A stretch of DNA of 64,000 bases from the NCBI GenBank assembly GCA_047601445.1, contig JASGJH010000001.1, positions 5,760,001 through 5,824,000 of the forward strand. The letters are read 5' to 3'. The DNA comes from Myxococcales bacterium. Its GTDB lineage: Bacteria > Myxococcota_A > Polyangia > Polyangiales > DASUME01. Shown here one piece after another: positions 20,188-30,297 of this stretch (position 1 is its first letter; each line of letters starts with the position of its first letter). The translations under genes and the position numbers were made by a program. A model generated the notes under the pieces. It was not told the DNA's origin, made no database searches, and worked only from the letters and a program-made list of their open reading frames with translations.

Positions 20188-20232
20188 ACAGTGTAAATGT
20201 CGGGGGGCTCCCAGCAATACGGAGGGGGTGAC

Positions 20233-21096
20233 TTGCAGCGACTTCAGATCCGCGCCGATGAAGCAGGGGCACGTTTGGACCGCATCCTGTGCGATCGGCT
20301 GACGCTCTCGCGTTCCCAGGCCAAGCGACTGTTCGAGGGAGGCGTGGTCCGCCGAAACGGGCGACGCGCCGACAAGGGCGAGCTGGTGGCCGAGGGAGAC
20401 ACGATCGAGTTCGCGGAGGAGGAGTCGAGCTCGGAGGCCTGGCCGGACCCGGACGTCGATGTTCGGGTTCGATACGAAGATGCGCACCTGGTGGTGGTGG
20501 ACAAGGCTGCGGGCGTCCCGAGCCATCCGCTGCGACCCGGGGAAATGGGGTGTCTGGCCAATGGTCTGCTGGCCAAGTACCCGGAAATGGCTCAAATCGG
20601 ATACGATTCACGTCAGCCAGGTCTGGTTAATCGACTCGACAATGACACCTCTGGCGTGATCTTGGCGGCGCGTACGCAGCCGGCTTTCGCGGCCCTGCGA
20701 GCGATGCTCGAGACGGGTCGCATCGACAAGACGTACCTGGCGCTTACCGAGAAGCCCCTGAAGGCCCAGCGCATCGAGCTGCCGCTCGCCCCCAGTCCCC
20801 GCCATCGCTCGCGCGTCGAGGTCAGCTCGCTCGGGCGGGTCGCGCTCACCGAGGTGCTCGGGTCCCGCTCCATGGGGCACTACTACCTGGTGGAGGCCAG
20901 GGCGGAGAAGGCTTACCGACACCAGGTCCGCGTGCATCTGGCAGCCGTGGGGGCGCCCATCGTGGGCGACTCGCTCTACGGTGGATGCCCGGGCGAGCAC
21001 CACTATCTGCACGCGGCGCGGGTGCGCTTCACGCATCCCGTGCGTGGCACACCCATGGACGTCGAAGCTCCCTTACCCGGCGATTGGCCGCGCTAG
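20233..21096 (+). CDS. RluA/RluD-family pseudouridine synthase with S4 domain
   Basis: RLDRIL S4 domain; VVDKAAG; NRLDNDTSG; HQVRVHLA..G.PIVGD.LYG. TTG start at 20233 follows GGAGGGG (ATG 20197 is an alternative). Confidence 0.93.
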   Translation: MQRLQIRADEAGARLDRILCDRLTLSRSQAKRLFEGGVVRRNGRRADKGELVAEGDTIEFAEEESSSEAWPDPDVDVRVRYEDAHLVVVDKAAGVPSHPLRPGEMGCLANGLLAKYPEMAQIGYDSRQPGLVNRLDNDTSGVILAARTQPAFAALRAMLETGRIDKTYLALTEKPLKAQRIELPLAPSPRHRSRVEVSSLGRVALTEVLGSRSMGHYYLVEARAEKAYRHQVRVHLAAVGAPIVGDSLYGGCPGEHHYLHAARVRFTHPVRGTPMDVEAPLPGDWPR

Positions 21097-21139
21097 CTCG
21101 CGCCAACGAACCCTCGCAGAGGGTGGGCCCCGGTGACGA

Positions 21140-22420
21140 TCAGAACGCCCAGCTGAGGCCGCCCTGTCCGATGAGGCCGTTGCCGTAGCGGTTGGTGTTG
21201 AAGACGTATTCGACGCCGAAGTCGAGGGCTGCGGTGTGGAAGAAGTCGAGCGGCGTGAAGGCCAAGAACTCGAAGTTCACGCGCAGCTTGAGGCCCACGG
21301 TTTGGTCGTGGAAGGGCGACATCTTCGGGTCATTGGTGATGTATTTGTCGGCGTGCACGTAGCCGACTCGATGCCAGAAATCGGCGCCGTTTTGCTTGTA
21401 GTAGCGATAGCGCAGGCGCACGTCGAAGAACGGGCCGATCTCCTGATAGAGGCGGATCTCGGGCACGTGGGCGGTGATGTTCCAGCTATCGTGATAGAGG
21501 CGATAACCGAGCCGCACGGCCGAGCGCGTCTGCGTGACGTATTGCTCGTACCAGACGTAGCCGGCGTGTCGCACGCGCTGATCGGGATGCTTCTCGCTCG
21601 CGGCGCCGCCGCCGTCTTTGTAGGCAATCAAGCGATAAGCGTTGGCCTGAAAGCCGTCGAGGAACGCTCCGTCGTAGCCGAGCTGGATCCAGGCGGTGCG
21701 TGAGAGCACCTGATCCACACTCAAGCCGAAGGACAACACGTCGAGGTCGCCCACGTGCTGGCGCTGCTTGGCGATCAACTTGTCCGAGGTGGGATTGGCC
21801 ACCATGCGGACGACCCTGCCCACGTCGTCGAAGTTGTAGTTGCCCGTCAGCGAGATCACGGTGAGGCGATGGTTCAGGCTGAGGGATGAGGCGAAGCCGA
21901 GCCCGCGCGAGAGATAGTCGGGCTCCTTGCTGAAGCGCCCGCGCGCGGTGAGATCAAGCTGCGCCTTGCCGAGGTCGAACTCGTAGCCGAGGCCACCGCC
22001 GATGTCGTTGCGGATCTCGGTGAAGGGGTGGTCGGCGACCACGCCGGTGGCCTGACTCGCGCTGGTGATGGCGTCGATCAGGTAGGTCGCATCCATGTGC
22101 CCGCCGTGCGGGGACTCGAGGGTCACCGTGGTGGCGGGAGCCAACACGCGAGTCGATCGCTCCCAGTAGTAGTTACCTCGGGCCGAAACCGAGCCCGTGA
22201 AGGTACCCGAGGACTCGTCCGCGAGGCCCACGGTGGGACGCAGCGCCACGCCGAGGGCGATCACCAAAAGCAGGCTCAGCCCGGCGAGCGCGCGCGACGA
22301 GGCATTTCGTGAGCGCAGCGAGCCTCGCGGTGTGGTGGGTCCCGGCGCGGCTTTGCCGCGCGGGGCGGGGAGGTCGCGTGACCTTCCCGAGATCAGAGTG
22401 CTGCGGGGAATGCGGGGCAC
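21140..22420 (-). CDS. DUF3570-family outer-membrane protein
   Basis: 'DAITSAS', 'SKEPDYLS', 'EKHPDQR.R', 'YRLYHDSWNITAH', 'RYRYY.Q..ADF'; directly follows the DUF4266 gene. Confidence 0.85.
   Translation of the reverse strand: MPRIPRSTLISGRSRDLPAPRGKAAPGPTTPRGSLRSRNASSRALAGLSLLLVIALGVALRPTVGLADESSGTFTGSVSARGNYYWERSTRVLAPATTVTLESPHGGHMDATYLIDAITSASQATGVVADHPFTEIRNDIGGGLGYEFDLGKAQLDLTARGRFSKEPDYLSRGLGFASSLSLNHRLTVISLTGNYNFDDVGRVVRMVANPTSDKLIAKQRQHVGDLDVLSFGLSVDQVLSRTAWIQLGYDGAFLDGFQANAYRLIAYKDGGGAASEKHPDQRVRHAGYVWYEQYVTQTRSAVRLGYRLYHDSWNITAHVPEIRLYQEIGPFFDVRLRYRYYKQNGADFWHRVGYVHADKYITNDPKMSPFHDQTVGLKLRVNFEFLAFTPLDFFHTAALDFGVEYVFNTNRYGNGLIGQGGLSWAF
22307..22385 (-). repeat. Third, diverged and inverted copy of the 79-bp repeat
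   Basis: Ungapped 70/79 match to the reverse complement of 10650-10728. Confidence 0.9.
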
Positions 22421-22429
22421 TTGGACGCT

Positions 22430-22681
22430 TCAGTTGCAACCACAGCCGCCGCCGGAGGCGCCCGCACTGGAGGTAGCGCCTTCGCGTGATTCACGCATGT
22501 GCGCCTGGAAGGCTGCCTCACCCCGCTCGGTCTTCGGGTCCATGCTGGCGCGCGCGAGGATCTCGCGCTCGTGGGGCTGCACGTGGACGCAGCCGACCAG
22601 CAGGGTGCACAGGACGAGGCTCGAGGAGATCGAAGCGCGTCCTCGGGCGCGCGAGCGGAAAATGGCGACTAGTTTGATCAC
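22430..22681 (-). CDS. DUF4266-family small lipoprotein
   Basis: LLVGC lipobox, V.P.ERE.LA, REG...GGGCGCN terminus. GTG at 22681 overlaps the upstream TGA. Confidence 0.88.
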   Translation of the reverse strand: MIKLVAIFRSRARGRASISSSLVLCTLLVGCVHVQPHEREILARASMDPKTERGEAAFQAHMRESREGATSSAGASGGGCGCN

Positions 22682-24552
22682 TGCATCCACCAAGAAACGA
22701 TTGCGACCACCGGGTCCAGCGCGTGTCGCGCGGCGCTGCGGGCCCACTCGTGCTGGCGAACGAAGTCGGCCAGGCCCGGTCCCACGGCATAGTAGGCGTC
22801 GATCAGTACTCGACCCAGGGTGTTCGTGGCCAGATAGCGGTCACGGAAGCGCCTGAGAACACCGATTTCCGAGGCCAGTGGCGTGCCGTACGCAGCGGTG
22901 GCCACGAAACATGGCGAGACAGTGGTGAACTCGCGCTTGGGCGTGGTGTATTCGGCGAGCACGGGATCACTGGTGCCGCCGCAGGCCGCGCCGCGCGAGC
23001 TCACCGAGATGTCGTAGCGGGTGCTCTGCCGCAGGCCCGAGATGTCGACGGTGAGCTCGCTGCCCGGGGCGATGGTGCCGCAGCGATTGCGCATGGGATC
23101 GTTCGGATCCGCGCACACGTCGAGGGCGACGGACAGGAGTTCCTGTTCCTTGTCCGGCGTGAAGGCCTGCTCCCAGTCGCCACCCTCGGCCCGCACCTTC
23201 ACGTCGTATTGGACGGGGACTTCGCCTGTGGCCGGCGTGCGGAAGCTGAGGCGCGCCCACATGTGGGCGTTCTTGCGGTCGGGGTGAGGTTCGACGCGCA
23301 GGTTGGTGGGAGGCGCGGGAGGGGGCACCTCCGCGCCGTCGCAGCGGGTGATCCGCAGCATGGCGCGCTTGCCGTTCATCATGCGCAGGCGATCGGCGCC
23401 GCTACCGGGGGCCTGCTCCGGATCGTCCGTGAGCGTGCCGTCCATCTGGTTCATCTGATCTTGGGCGCCGTGCACATCGCTGTAGCCGACGGGCTCTGCC
23501 GTCCAGACGTCCTGGGTTTCCGTCAGACCGAAGGGCAACGCGTAGACCACCGAGGGCTGGCCTCGATATGCGTAGCCGTACCCGATGGCCCAGGTGTCCC
23601 AGCGGGACTTGGGGGTGATCGGCGTGGGAAAGCGTTTGTCGTTGAACGTGTCGTTGTAGTCGCCCTCGACGTTGACCTCGATGAACAGCGTGTACATGCG
23701 CGCGCTGTCCCAGGCGATGCGGGAGTTTTCGGCCAGCGAGAAACTCCACTCGACCATGCGTTGGCCCTGGGGCGTGGCCTGCGTGACCGCATCGAGCTCG
23801 GGCATCACCTCGAGGGCGTGGCTCTTGTAGGTGGCCACGTCCGCGTGGTCGAAGCAGCCGCTGGCCGCGCAGCGGTCCACATCGCGCCGCGGGGGATAGA
23901 GCGAGGTGAGGCCGAGCGCGCGCATGGTGCCGTTGCCCGGGGAGTCCTCGTAGGGCTCGGAGTAGCCGCGATCGGCCTCGGTGATGAAGCGACCCTTGTC
24001 GCTCGAGAAAACGCTGGCGCAGGTCACGGCGTCGAGTGCGTCGCGCCCGCTGTTGGATTCCTGGAACGAGAGACAGTAGTAGTCGTCGACGCTCTGATCG
24101 GAGCTGGTGCGCGAGGCGAAGCCCTCCGACATGCGATCCTGAAAGATCACGCGGCGAAACTGCTTGGCGCCGGGCGCGGCGGCGCGCCGATGCGCCCACA
24201 CGGGCAGGGCTCCTTCGCGTCGCCCGTAGGGCCAACGGAAGCCGCTGTTCATCTGGAGTGCGCCGGGGCGATTGCCGATGCCGGCACGGGCGACCGAGTG
24301 GGTGAGGGCCAGCGTGCCCATGAATTCCCCGTCGTCGCGCTCCACCCAAACGGCGATTTGGGTGCGGTCCACGGGCATGAAGTTGACCGTGAGATAGGCC
24401 GGTTCCGACGAGGCCGGCGCCACCCCGGCGTCCTCCTGGGCTGCGGCGCGGCTCGACAGGGCGCCGAGGAGGAGCACCGAAGCAAGCGGAATCAGGAGAT
24501 AAATAAGGCTCGCGACAGACCGATGCGGAGCGCGCAAGCGAAGGGGGAGCAT
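22678..24552 (-). CDS. Exported protein with fibronectin-III-like domain and CFI-box-CTERM
   Basis: Signal peptide; 'PPTNLRV...GLRQSTRYDISV' FN3-like domain; C-terminal PCFVATAAYG...LRRFRD...YY..GP. Confidence 0.8.
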   Translation of the reverse strand: MLPLRLRAPHRSVASLIYLLIPLASVLLLGALSSRAAAQEDAGVAPASSEPAYLTVNFMPVDRTQIAVWVERDDGEFMGTLALTHSVARAGIGNRPGALQMNSGFRWPYGRREGALPVWAHRRAAAPGAKQFRRVIFQDRMSEGFASRTSSDQSVDDYYCLSFQESNSGRDALDAVTCASVFSSDKGRFITEADRGYSEPYEDSPGNGTMRALGLTSLYPPRRDVDRCAASGCFDHADVATYKSHALEVMPELDAVTQATPQGQRMVEWSFSLAENSRIAWDSARMYTLFIEVNVEGDYNDTFNDKRFPTPITPKSRWDTWAIGYGYAYRGQPSVVYALPFGLTETQDVWTAEPVGYSDVHGAQDQMNQMDGTLTDDPEQAPGSGADRLRMMNGKRAMLRITRCDGAEVPPPAPPTNLRVEPHPDRKNAHMWARLSFRTPATGEVPVQYDVKVRAEGGDWEQAFTPDKEQELLSVALDVCADPNDPMRNRCGTIAPGSELTVDISGLRQSTRYDISVSSRGAACGGTSDPVLAEYTTPKREFTTVSPCFVATAAYGTPLASEIGVLRRFRDRYLATNTLGRVLIDAYYAVGPGLADFVRQHEWARSAARHALDPVVAIVSWWMQ

Positions 24553-24661
24553 GGCCCCGGAGACTACCTTGTGGCTCCCCCCGTCACAAGTCTGGGGGCG
24601 GGCTCACGGCGTCTCGAATGGGACGCTGGTAGTGCGGAAAATCGGGGGTGTTTCGGTGCCT

Positions 24662-25819
24662 TCAGGGCCAACGGATCCAGAGCTGGCCGGCCAGGGTGGG
24701 CTGCACCGGCCACGCGTTTCGGGTGCCCACGAAGCGTCCCTGGGTATCGAGGTAGCCGAGCCGGGGGAGATGAGGATAGAGCTCGACGCCTGTGAGGAGC
24801 GCGAGGCCCACCTGGCCAGAGGCCCAACCGGGTCGATATTCGAGCGTCGCATCGGCGCTGCCGAAACCGGTGCTCGCCGAGGCGGCGTGGGTGTCGAAGC
24901 CGCTCGCATCGGACTTGGCTCGGGTGCGGAACAGCGCGAGCCCACCTCCCACCGCCAAGGCGAGTTGCAGTCGAGTGCGTCGAAGGGCCAACCAGGCTGC
25001 GTGTGCGCTGACGGAATGGCGGGCGAGCTCGAGTGTGGCCAGGTCTGAGGGAACCCGTGAGGAGAGGCCAAGCTCGCCGCGCAGCTCGCCGCGCAAGCGA
25101 TCGACATCCACGGCGAGGCGTGCGCTCAGGCTGGGCGCGGGCCGCTCGCTCGCGCTGTTGACCCGCCCGCTCGCGCCGATGAACACGCTGAGCTCACAGG
25201 GAGCACGCGCAGCTGGGGCCACTGGTTGAGCTGGCGGGTCGGCCCTTGGCGCGCTTGGTTGCCGTGCGCTGGGGACGAGCTGCTCATGGACGTCCGTGGT
25301 GTCGCTTCGTACGAGCTCGGTTTCGGGCACTCCGATCTCTTCGCCTTGCAAGCGGGCTCGCAGCGCGCCGCGCACGATCAGTGCCGCGGCTTCCTGTTGC
25401 GTCGAAGCGCCCATGGCGCCTGCCGCACGCTGCACCTCCCGCGCGAGCAGCCGCCCTTGCGCGGGATCGCTGACATAGACCGTGAGTCGTTCGCCTTCAC
25501 GCGTGAACCAAACCCCGATCTCTCCGCCCAGTCCGCGCAGCTGCTCATGCATGGCGCTCAGTCGAAGCGACAGCTCCTGCGGCGCGCCCATCTGCTCCGC
25601 TTCGATCACCGTCACGGACAGGTCGCTGATCTGACCCCGCACGCGCACGAGCAGCGCGCGGTCCTGCTCGGACGCGAGCTGCACGATGGCCACGATCGGC
25701 GCCACCATGGGCGCATCGGCGGCTACCTTGGTGTGCAGGCACACCAGGAGCAGGACGCAAGCCAGCCATGAGCACGACACCCACAACCAACTCCGCCGTG
25801 CGCGTTCCAGGGCGATCAC
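24662..25819 (-). CDS. Exported protein with likely C-terminal beta-strand domain
   Basis: Signal peptide (WLACVLLLVCL..AAD); amphipathic C-terminal strands. Start uncertain. Confidence 0.6.
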   Translation of the reverse strand: MIALERARRSWLWVSCSWLACVLLLVCLHTKVAADAPMVAPIVAIVQLASEQDRALLVRVRGQISDLSVTVIEAEQMGAPQELSLRLSAMHEQLRGLGGEIGVWFTREGERLTVYVSDPAQGRLLAREVQRAAGAMGASTQQEAAALIVRGALRARLQGEEIGVPETELVRSDTTDVHEQLVPSARQPSAPRADPPAQPVAPAARAPCELSVFIGASGRVNSASERPAPSLSARLAVDVDRLRGELRGELGLSSRVPSDLATLELARHSVSAHAAWLALRRTRLQLALAVGGGLALFRTRAKSDASGFDTHAASASTGFGSADATLEYRPGWASGQVGLALLTGVELYPHLPRLGYLDTQGRFVGTRNAWPVQPTLAGQLWIRWP

Positions 25820-25981
25820 TTTTTCGTGACCCGATCTAACACGCACCCCTCTCCATCTAGCCAGAGAGTGATGCGGGTGGACACGGCGATGATGTCGGAT
25901 AGCGCTGCTCAACGCGAGCCCGTGTTGCGGGTCCATCGCGGCGAACGGTCCATGGCTGGTAGACTCCACGGAGAACTCCCC

Positions 25982-26632
25982 ATGTCCTTCTCCGACGAAA
26001 CGTCCGGGCTCACCAGCACCCGCGGGCAGAAGGCTCGCTCGGAGGCCGAGGAAGCCGACAAGCGTGCGCTGCTCGAGGCGGCCCGCTCCGGGGATCGCGC
26101 TGCGGCCGGTCGGTTGCTGGGGTTGCTCTTGCCGCGCGCGCGCAACCTGGTTCGCTACCTGGTGCGCAGCGACCGCGAAGTGGACGACTTGGCGCAGGAA
26201 GCCATGGTGAACGTGTTGCGCGGCCTCGCGGGCTTTCGCGGGGAGGGCAGCGTGCAATCCTGGGTGGACCGCATCGTGGTGAGGACGGTGTTCGCGCACC
26301 TCAAGACGCGGCGGCAACGCGAGCAAGGGCACGTGGAGTACACTCCGGAGCTCGGCGCGGTGGACAACGACCAGGCTTCACCGAGCTTTCTCGCTCGACG
26401 CCGGGCACTGCGCGCACTCGATGGCTTGCCGGACGAGCAACGTCAGGTGCTGGTGATGCACCACTTGGTGGATCTCGAAGTGCGCGAGATTGCCGATGAG
26501 CTGCAGGTGCCCTTCGAGACAGTGCGCAGCCGGCTGCGGTTGGGCATGGCGCGGCTACGTGCGGCGCTGGCCGAGCGCGAAGGGGATACGGACGAACCGC
26601 CGCTCGGTCCGCGGCGCGCGAGGTCCCTATGA
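25982..26632 (+). CDS. ECF sigma factor
   Basis: VDDLAQEAM, FRGEGSVQSWV, LPDEQRQV, EIADELQVPFETVRSRLRLG. Confidence 0.93.
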   Translation: MSFSDETSGLTSTRGQKARSEAEEADKRALLEAARSGDRAAAGRLLGLLLPRARNLVRYLVRSDREVDDLAQEAMVNVLRGLAGFRGEGSVQSWVDRIVVRTVFAHLKTRRQREQGHVEYTPELGAVDNDQASPSFLARRRALRALDGLPDEQRQVLVMHHLVDLEVREIADELQVPFETVRSRLRLGMARLRAALAEREGDTDEPPLGPRRARSL

Positions 26633-27522
26633 GTTTGCGTGAGCCGTGGATGAGCGACCTGGAGTTGGACGGGAGCGAAGGACCCGCTCTGCCGATCTCC
26701 GCGCGTCGTACGGACGATCTGCTGGAGGCCGCGCTAAAGCAGGGGTTCGATGTGGCGGAGGCGGGTACGCTGCCGGCCGTGGTCTCGGGCGTCGCGCCGG
26801 TGGTGATGCTGGAACCCACGCCCGCGGCCGCGGTCGCTCGAGGGCGCTCGCGTCGCGCTCAGCTGGGGTTGCAGGCAGCCGCGGCGCTGCTCCTGGGGCT
26901 GGTTGTCGCGGGCTCGGCGTCGGCGGCGCTCAGGTGGTGGGAACCACGTGAACCCGCGACGAGCTCGCCGACTCAAGCGGCGAAGAAGGGCACGTCGGTA
27001 CGCTCGGCGCGCGCGCCGAGTCCGGTGAGCCTGGAGACCACGGTCGTTGCCCCAGAGGTCGCCGACACCAAGGACGAAGACGCACTCGAGCGGAGCCCGG
27101 CCAAGCCGCGTGTTGCAGCCTCCGCGCGCGCCGCACAGGACTGGCTCGACCAGGGCAATCGCTTGCGTGCCCAAGCCAAGTGGCGTGAGGCCTACCAGGC
27201 GTACGCGCAGATCTGGCAACGTGCTCCCGAAAGCTCTGCTGCCTACGTGGCTCGCATCGCTGCGGCGAACCTGCGGCTCGAACACTTCGCCGACCCGCGC
27301 GGCGCATTGGGCCTGTTGCGCGCGGCGATCAAGCAGAGCCCGAACGGTGTGCTCGACGAGGAGGCGCGCTATGGCGTGGCCGAAGCTCAACGCAAGCTGG
27401 GTGACGCGCGCGCAGAGCAGCGAGCGCTCGAGGAGCTACTGGCGAAGCATCCGCAGTCCGCGGAATCCGCGCGAGCCCGGGCCCGGCTGGCGCGTCTGCG
27501 TGAGGCTGGGATCGCGCCCTGA
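26629..27522 (+). CDS. Membrane-anchored TPR protein, putative anti-sigma/regulator
   Basis: ATGA-coupled to the ECF gene; central TM; C-terminal TPRs ('EALYG'-like EARYGVAE, LEELLAKHPQS). Confidence 0.7.
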   Translation: MSLREPWMSDLELDGSEGPALPISARRTDDLLEAALKQGFDVAEAGTLPAVVSGVAPVVMLEPTPAAAVARGRSRRAQLGLQAAAALLLGLVVAGSASAALRWWEPREPATSSPTQAAKKGTSVRSARAPSPVSLETTVVAPEVADTKDEDALERSPAKPRVAASARAAQDWLDQGNRLRAQAKWREAYQAYAQIWQRAPESSAAYVARIAAANLRLEHFADPRGALGLLRAAIKQSPNGVLDEEARYGVAEAQRKLGDARAEQRALEELLAKHPQSAESARARARLARLREAGIAP

Positions 27523-28808
27523 TGGCGACTGGCCCGCGGGTTTCGTGCGCGCTGATCTCGCTGGTGGGCCTGAGCGCTTGCAGTGATCGGTTGATCTACG
27601 GAGCATGGCGCGCGCGTGGCGATGACGAGGGCGATGCGCGGGTTGCCGACGCCGCGACATCGTCCGACGGATCCGTCGAGGGCTTGGATGGCGCACTGGC
27701 GCACGAGGGCGGGAGCTCGGACGCGGATTTAGCCGATGGAAAGGTGCCAGACGCCGCGCCGCTCGCGTTCTGTGCACCTGAACGGGATGGCTTCTCGTTG
27801 TCCGATCGAGGGACGCTGCGTTGCAGCTCGCTCGCTGAGGCGCGCTTCGAGCGCGGCCTGTGTGCATGTGAGGACCTGCAGAGTGGTGGGCTTCTGCGCA
27901 GCGACGCCTTCGACAGTGAACTCGGACCCTACGTCGCACCTGGTCTCGCCGGGGGCTCGCTCGCGATGAACGGTGCCTTTTATCCGGCTGCCGCCGAGCT
28001 CGGTGGTTCGCTGGTGGTGGGCGGTGACGCGGGCGCTCCGATCACGGGTGATCTGCAGGTGGGGGAATCGCTGATCAGCGCGGGACCCCTCGATGGTCCA
28101 TACGCTGTGGAAGTGGGCGGCGATGTGCAGGTTCTGTCGGATCTTCGCGTGAGCAGTCTGACCCTCGGTGGCTCCCTTCACGTCGGCGCGAGCTCGGATG
28201 TGGAGATCACGCAAGGGGCGCCCGCCTTCTCGCGTGACGCCGCCCCCGTCATCGCACCCTGCGACTGCACTCAGCTCGTGGACGTGGGCGCCGAGATCGA
28301 CGCGCGTGCGCGGGACAACGACAACACTCAGATCGGCCTGGACGCTGCGGGTGGGCTCTCGGCCATCGACGCCGCGCGCGAGCTGATCCTGCCGTGTGGT
28401 CGGTACTACGTCGACGAAGTCTATGCGGCGCAGCCGTTGACGCTGACGATCACGGGGAACGTGGAGCTCTACGTGCGGGGTTCGTTGGCGACCGATCTCG
28501 CTGGCTCGCTCGCGATCGAGCTCGTGCCCGGGGCCCAGCTGGATCTTTTCCTCGGGCAGGGTGTGTCGCTCTTGAACGACGCGACGATCGGCGACCGGAG
28601 CGCGCCAACCCGCACGCGCGTGTTCGTGGCTCCAGAGACGACCCTCTCTTTCGGTGGCGCGCTCACGCTGGCGGGGCTCGTGTACGCACCCGGGTCGAGT
28701 TGGAGCAGCAGCGGACGCGCTCAGCTGTTCGGTGCTTTCACGTTGGGCGGCGTCTCGAGCGGTCCGCTCGAGCTGCATCAGGACCTGGCGCTCTCGCGCT
28801 GCGACTAG
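27522..28808 (+). CDS. Lipoprotein with Gly-rich beta-helix-like domain
   Basis: GLSAC lipobox; DAG linker; 'LPCGRYY...I.G.V.LYV.G', 'GLVYAP' motifs. Confidence 0.7.
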   Translation: MATGPRVSCALISLVGLSACSDRLIYGAWRARGDDEGDARVADAATSSDGSVEGLDGALAHEGGSSDADLADGKVPDAAPLAFCAPERDGFSLSDRGTLRCSSLAEARFERGLCACEDLQSGGLLRSDAFDSELGPYVAPGLAGGSLAMNGAFYPAAAELGGSLVVGGDAGAPITGDLQVGESLISAGPLDGPYAVEVGGDVQVLSDLRVSSLTLGGSLHVGASSDVEITQGAPAFSRDAAPVIAPCDCTQLVDVGAEIDARARDNDNTQIGLDAAGGLSAIDAARELILPCGRYYVDEVYAAQPLTLTITGNVELYVRGSLATDLAGSLAIELVPGAQLDLFLGQGVSLLNDATIGDRSAPTRTRVFVAPETTLSFGGALTLAGLVYAPGSSWSSSGRAQLFGAFTLGGVSSGPLELHQDLALSRCD

Positions 28809-30151
28809 AGACCGAACTGGAGGGTCGTGAGACTGCCTGCGGACTGGGGTAGCTCCTGTGCCGCCTGCATGAACAGCGTGGTTCCAGCGTGGAAAGGCTG
28901 CTCGGGTCCGAAGGCCAGCTCGACCACGTCGCTCGGGCCGAACACGGGACCCGCGCCGATGGCGCCCGTGCCGGCGAGGCTGATCAGGAAGTTTCCGCTC
29001 TGTGGATCCACGGCGATGTTCTCCAGGTCACGCCCGTTCCAGGCGGAGGCGCCCTTCACGACGCGGGTCAGGCTCTCGCCATCGAAGCGAAGCAGGTCGT
29101 CCGCGCCGAAAACTGCGCCCGTGGCGTAGACCTTCACGTCGTCGTCCACAGAGAAGTAGAGCGTGCCGTCCGGGACCAGGTGGATGGCATCGACGTCGAC
29201 GTCCGATCCGCTCACGGAACCCAGATAGGTCCCCAGATCGAGGTAGCGGGAGACCCCCTGATTGAGCGGATCGAACGCCATCAGGTCATCGTCGTCGAAG
29301 GGCTCCTGACCCAGCACGGCGTCGTCCGAGGTGGACAACACGAGCCTGCCATCCGCCAACGTGGCGAGAGCATCGAGCTCCGCGCCCTGGGAGAACAGCG
29401 CGTCCGAGATCAGAACTTCGGGTGCGGGCTGGGCGAGAATTCGCGTGCCTGCGCTGCGATAGGGGTCGAAGGTCACGCGGACCACCGCGGCAGGCCCTAG
29501 CTGCGCGCCCTGGCTGCTCAGTTGCCAGCGGTGATCGCTCGAATCGCCCGAGAAGGAGAGCGAGAGACCGGCTGAGATACAACCGACGCTGCTGCAGACG
29601 CAGGGCTCGTAGGTGCAGACGCAGCTCGAGGCGCACGCGGGGTCGCTGCTGGCGTCCGAATCGGAGTGTTGGTCTGCTGCATCGGAGTCAGACGCCGCGT
29701 CCGCAGTCTGACTCGCATCGGGGAGAGACGAATCGCCCGCGTCTATCGGGCGGTTGCTTCCGTCGAGCTCTGGCAGCGCGGCGTCGGAGGTCGTGCAAGC
29801 GCCGCCCACGGGATCCATGCGCACGCGTGCTTGCGCTTCGTGCGGCAACACGGACTCCACACAGCCCTGCGCAATCGGGCCATCGACTGTGCGCGCCTGC
29901 GCACGAAAGCCGTATTTTCCGGGCGCGAGCGCATCGATTCGAGGCATGGCTTGGCCGCGCGTCAGTGTTGCTTCGAACATCACGGGAGCATCACTCGCGC
30001 AGCTGCCGGCGGTGATTTGCAACACTACCTCGCTGGCGTGCGAGCGATCGTCTGGGCAGCTGAACTCGACGTCCCAGCCGAGGCGAGCGAGTTCAGCAGA
30101 CTGACAGCCCATCCACGATAGCGTCACCAAGCACAACCAGTTCTGCTTCAT
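28805..30151 (-). CDS. Lipoprotein, unknown function
   Basis: MKQNWLCLVTLSWMGC lipobox; Asp/Ser linker; repeated 'DA....DG.L.FS' units. Confidence 0.7.
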   Translation of the reverse strand: MKQNWLCLVTLSWMGCQSAELARLGWDVEFSCPDDRSHASEVVLQITAGSCASDAPVMFEATLTRGQAMPRIDALAPGKYGFRAQARTVDGPIAQGCVESVLPHEAQARVRMDPVGGACTTSDAALPELDGSNRPIDAGDSSLPDASQTADAASDSDAADQHSDSDASSDPACASSCVCTYEPCVCSSVGCISAGLSLSFSGDSSDHRWQLSSQGAQLGPAAVVRVTFDPYRSAGTRILAQPAPEVLISDALFSQGAELDALATLADGRLVLSTSDDAVLGQEPFDDDDLMAFDPLNQGVSRYLDLGTYLGSVSGSDVDVDAIHLVPDGTLYFSVDDDVKVYATGAVFGADDLLRFDGESLTRVVKGASAWNGRDLENIAVDPQSGNFLISLAGTGAIGAGPVFGPSDVVELAFGPEQPFHAGTTLFMQAAQELPQSAGSLTTLQFGL

Positions 30152-30297
30152 GTCGGCTCGACCCTTTGAATCGCACACAGTGGCGCGCAATTCGCGCGCG
30201 CGGCAGCGCTTGCTACGCGTGTTCCACGCACCGTATCATGCCTTTGATCCCCGTGATCGTGCGACGACTTCGTCGTGATGTTCAATGCAGCCAATCC

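Noticed and set aside
22420..22432. TGA readthrough (selenocysteine) fusing DUF4266 to DUF3570, which are in the same frame
   Set aside because: GGCGCN-stop is the normal DUF4266 terminus, DUF3570 has its own signal peptide, and I recognised no SECIS.
30181..30195. Sigma-54-like TGGCGCG-CAAT-TCGC
   Set aside because: Spacing is correct, but there are two mismatches in GC-rich DNA and no supporting context; too weak to call.
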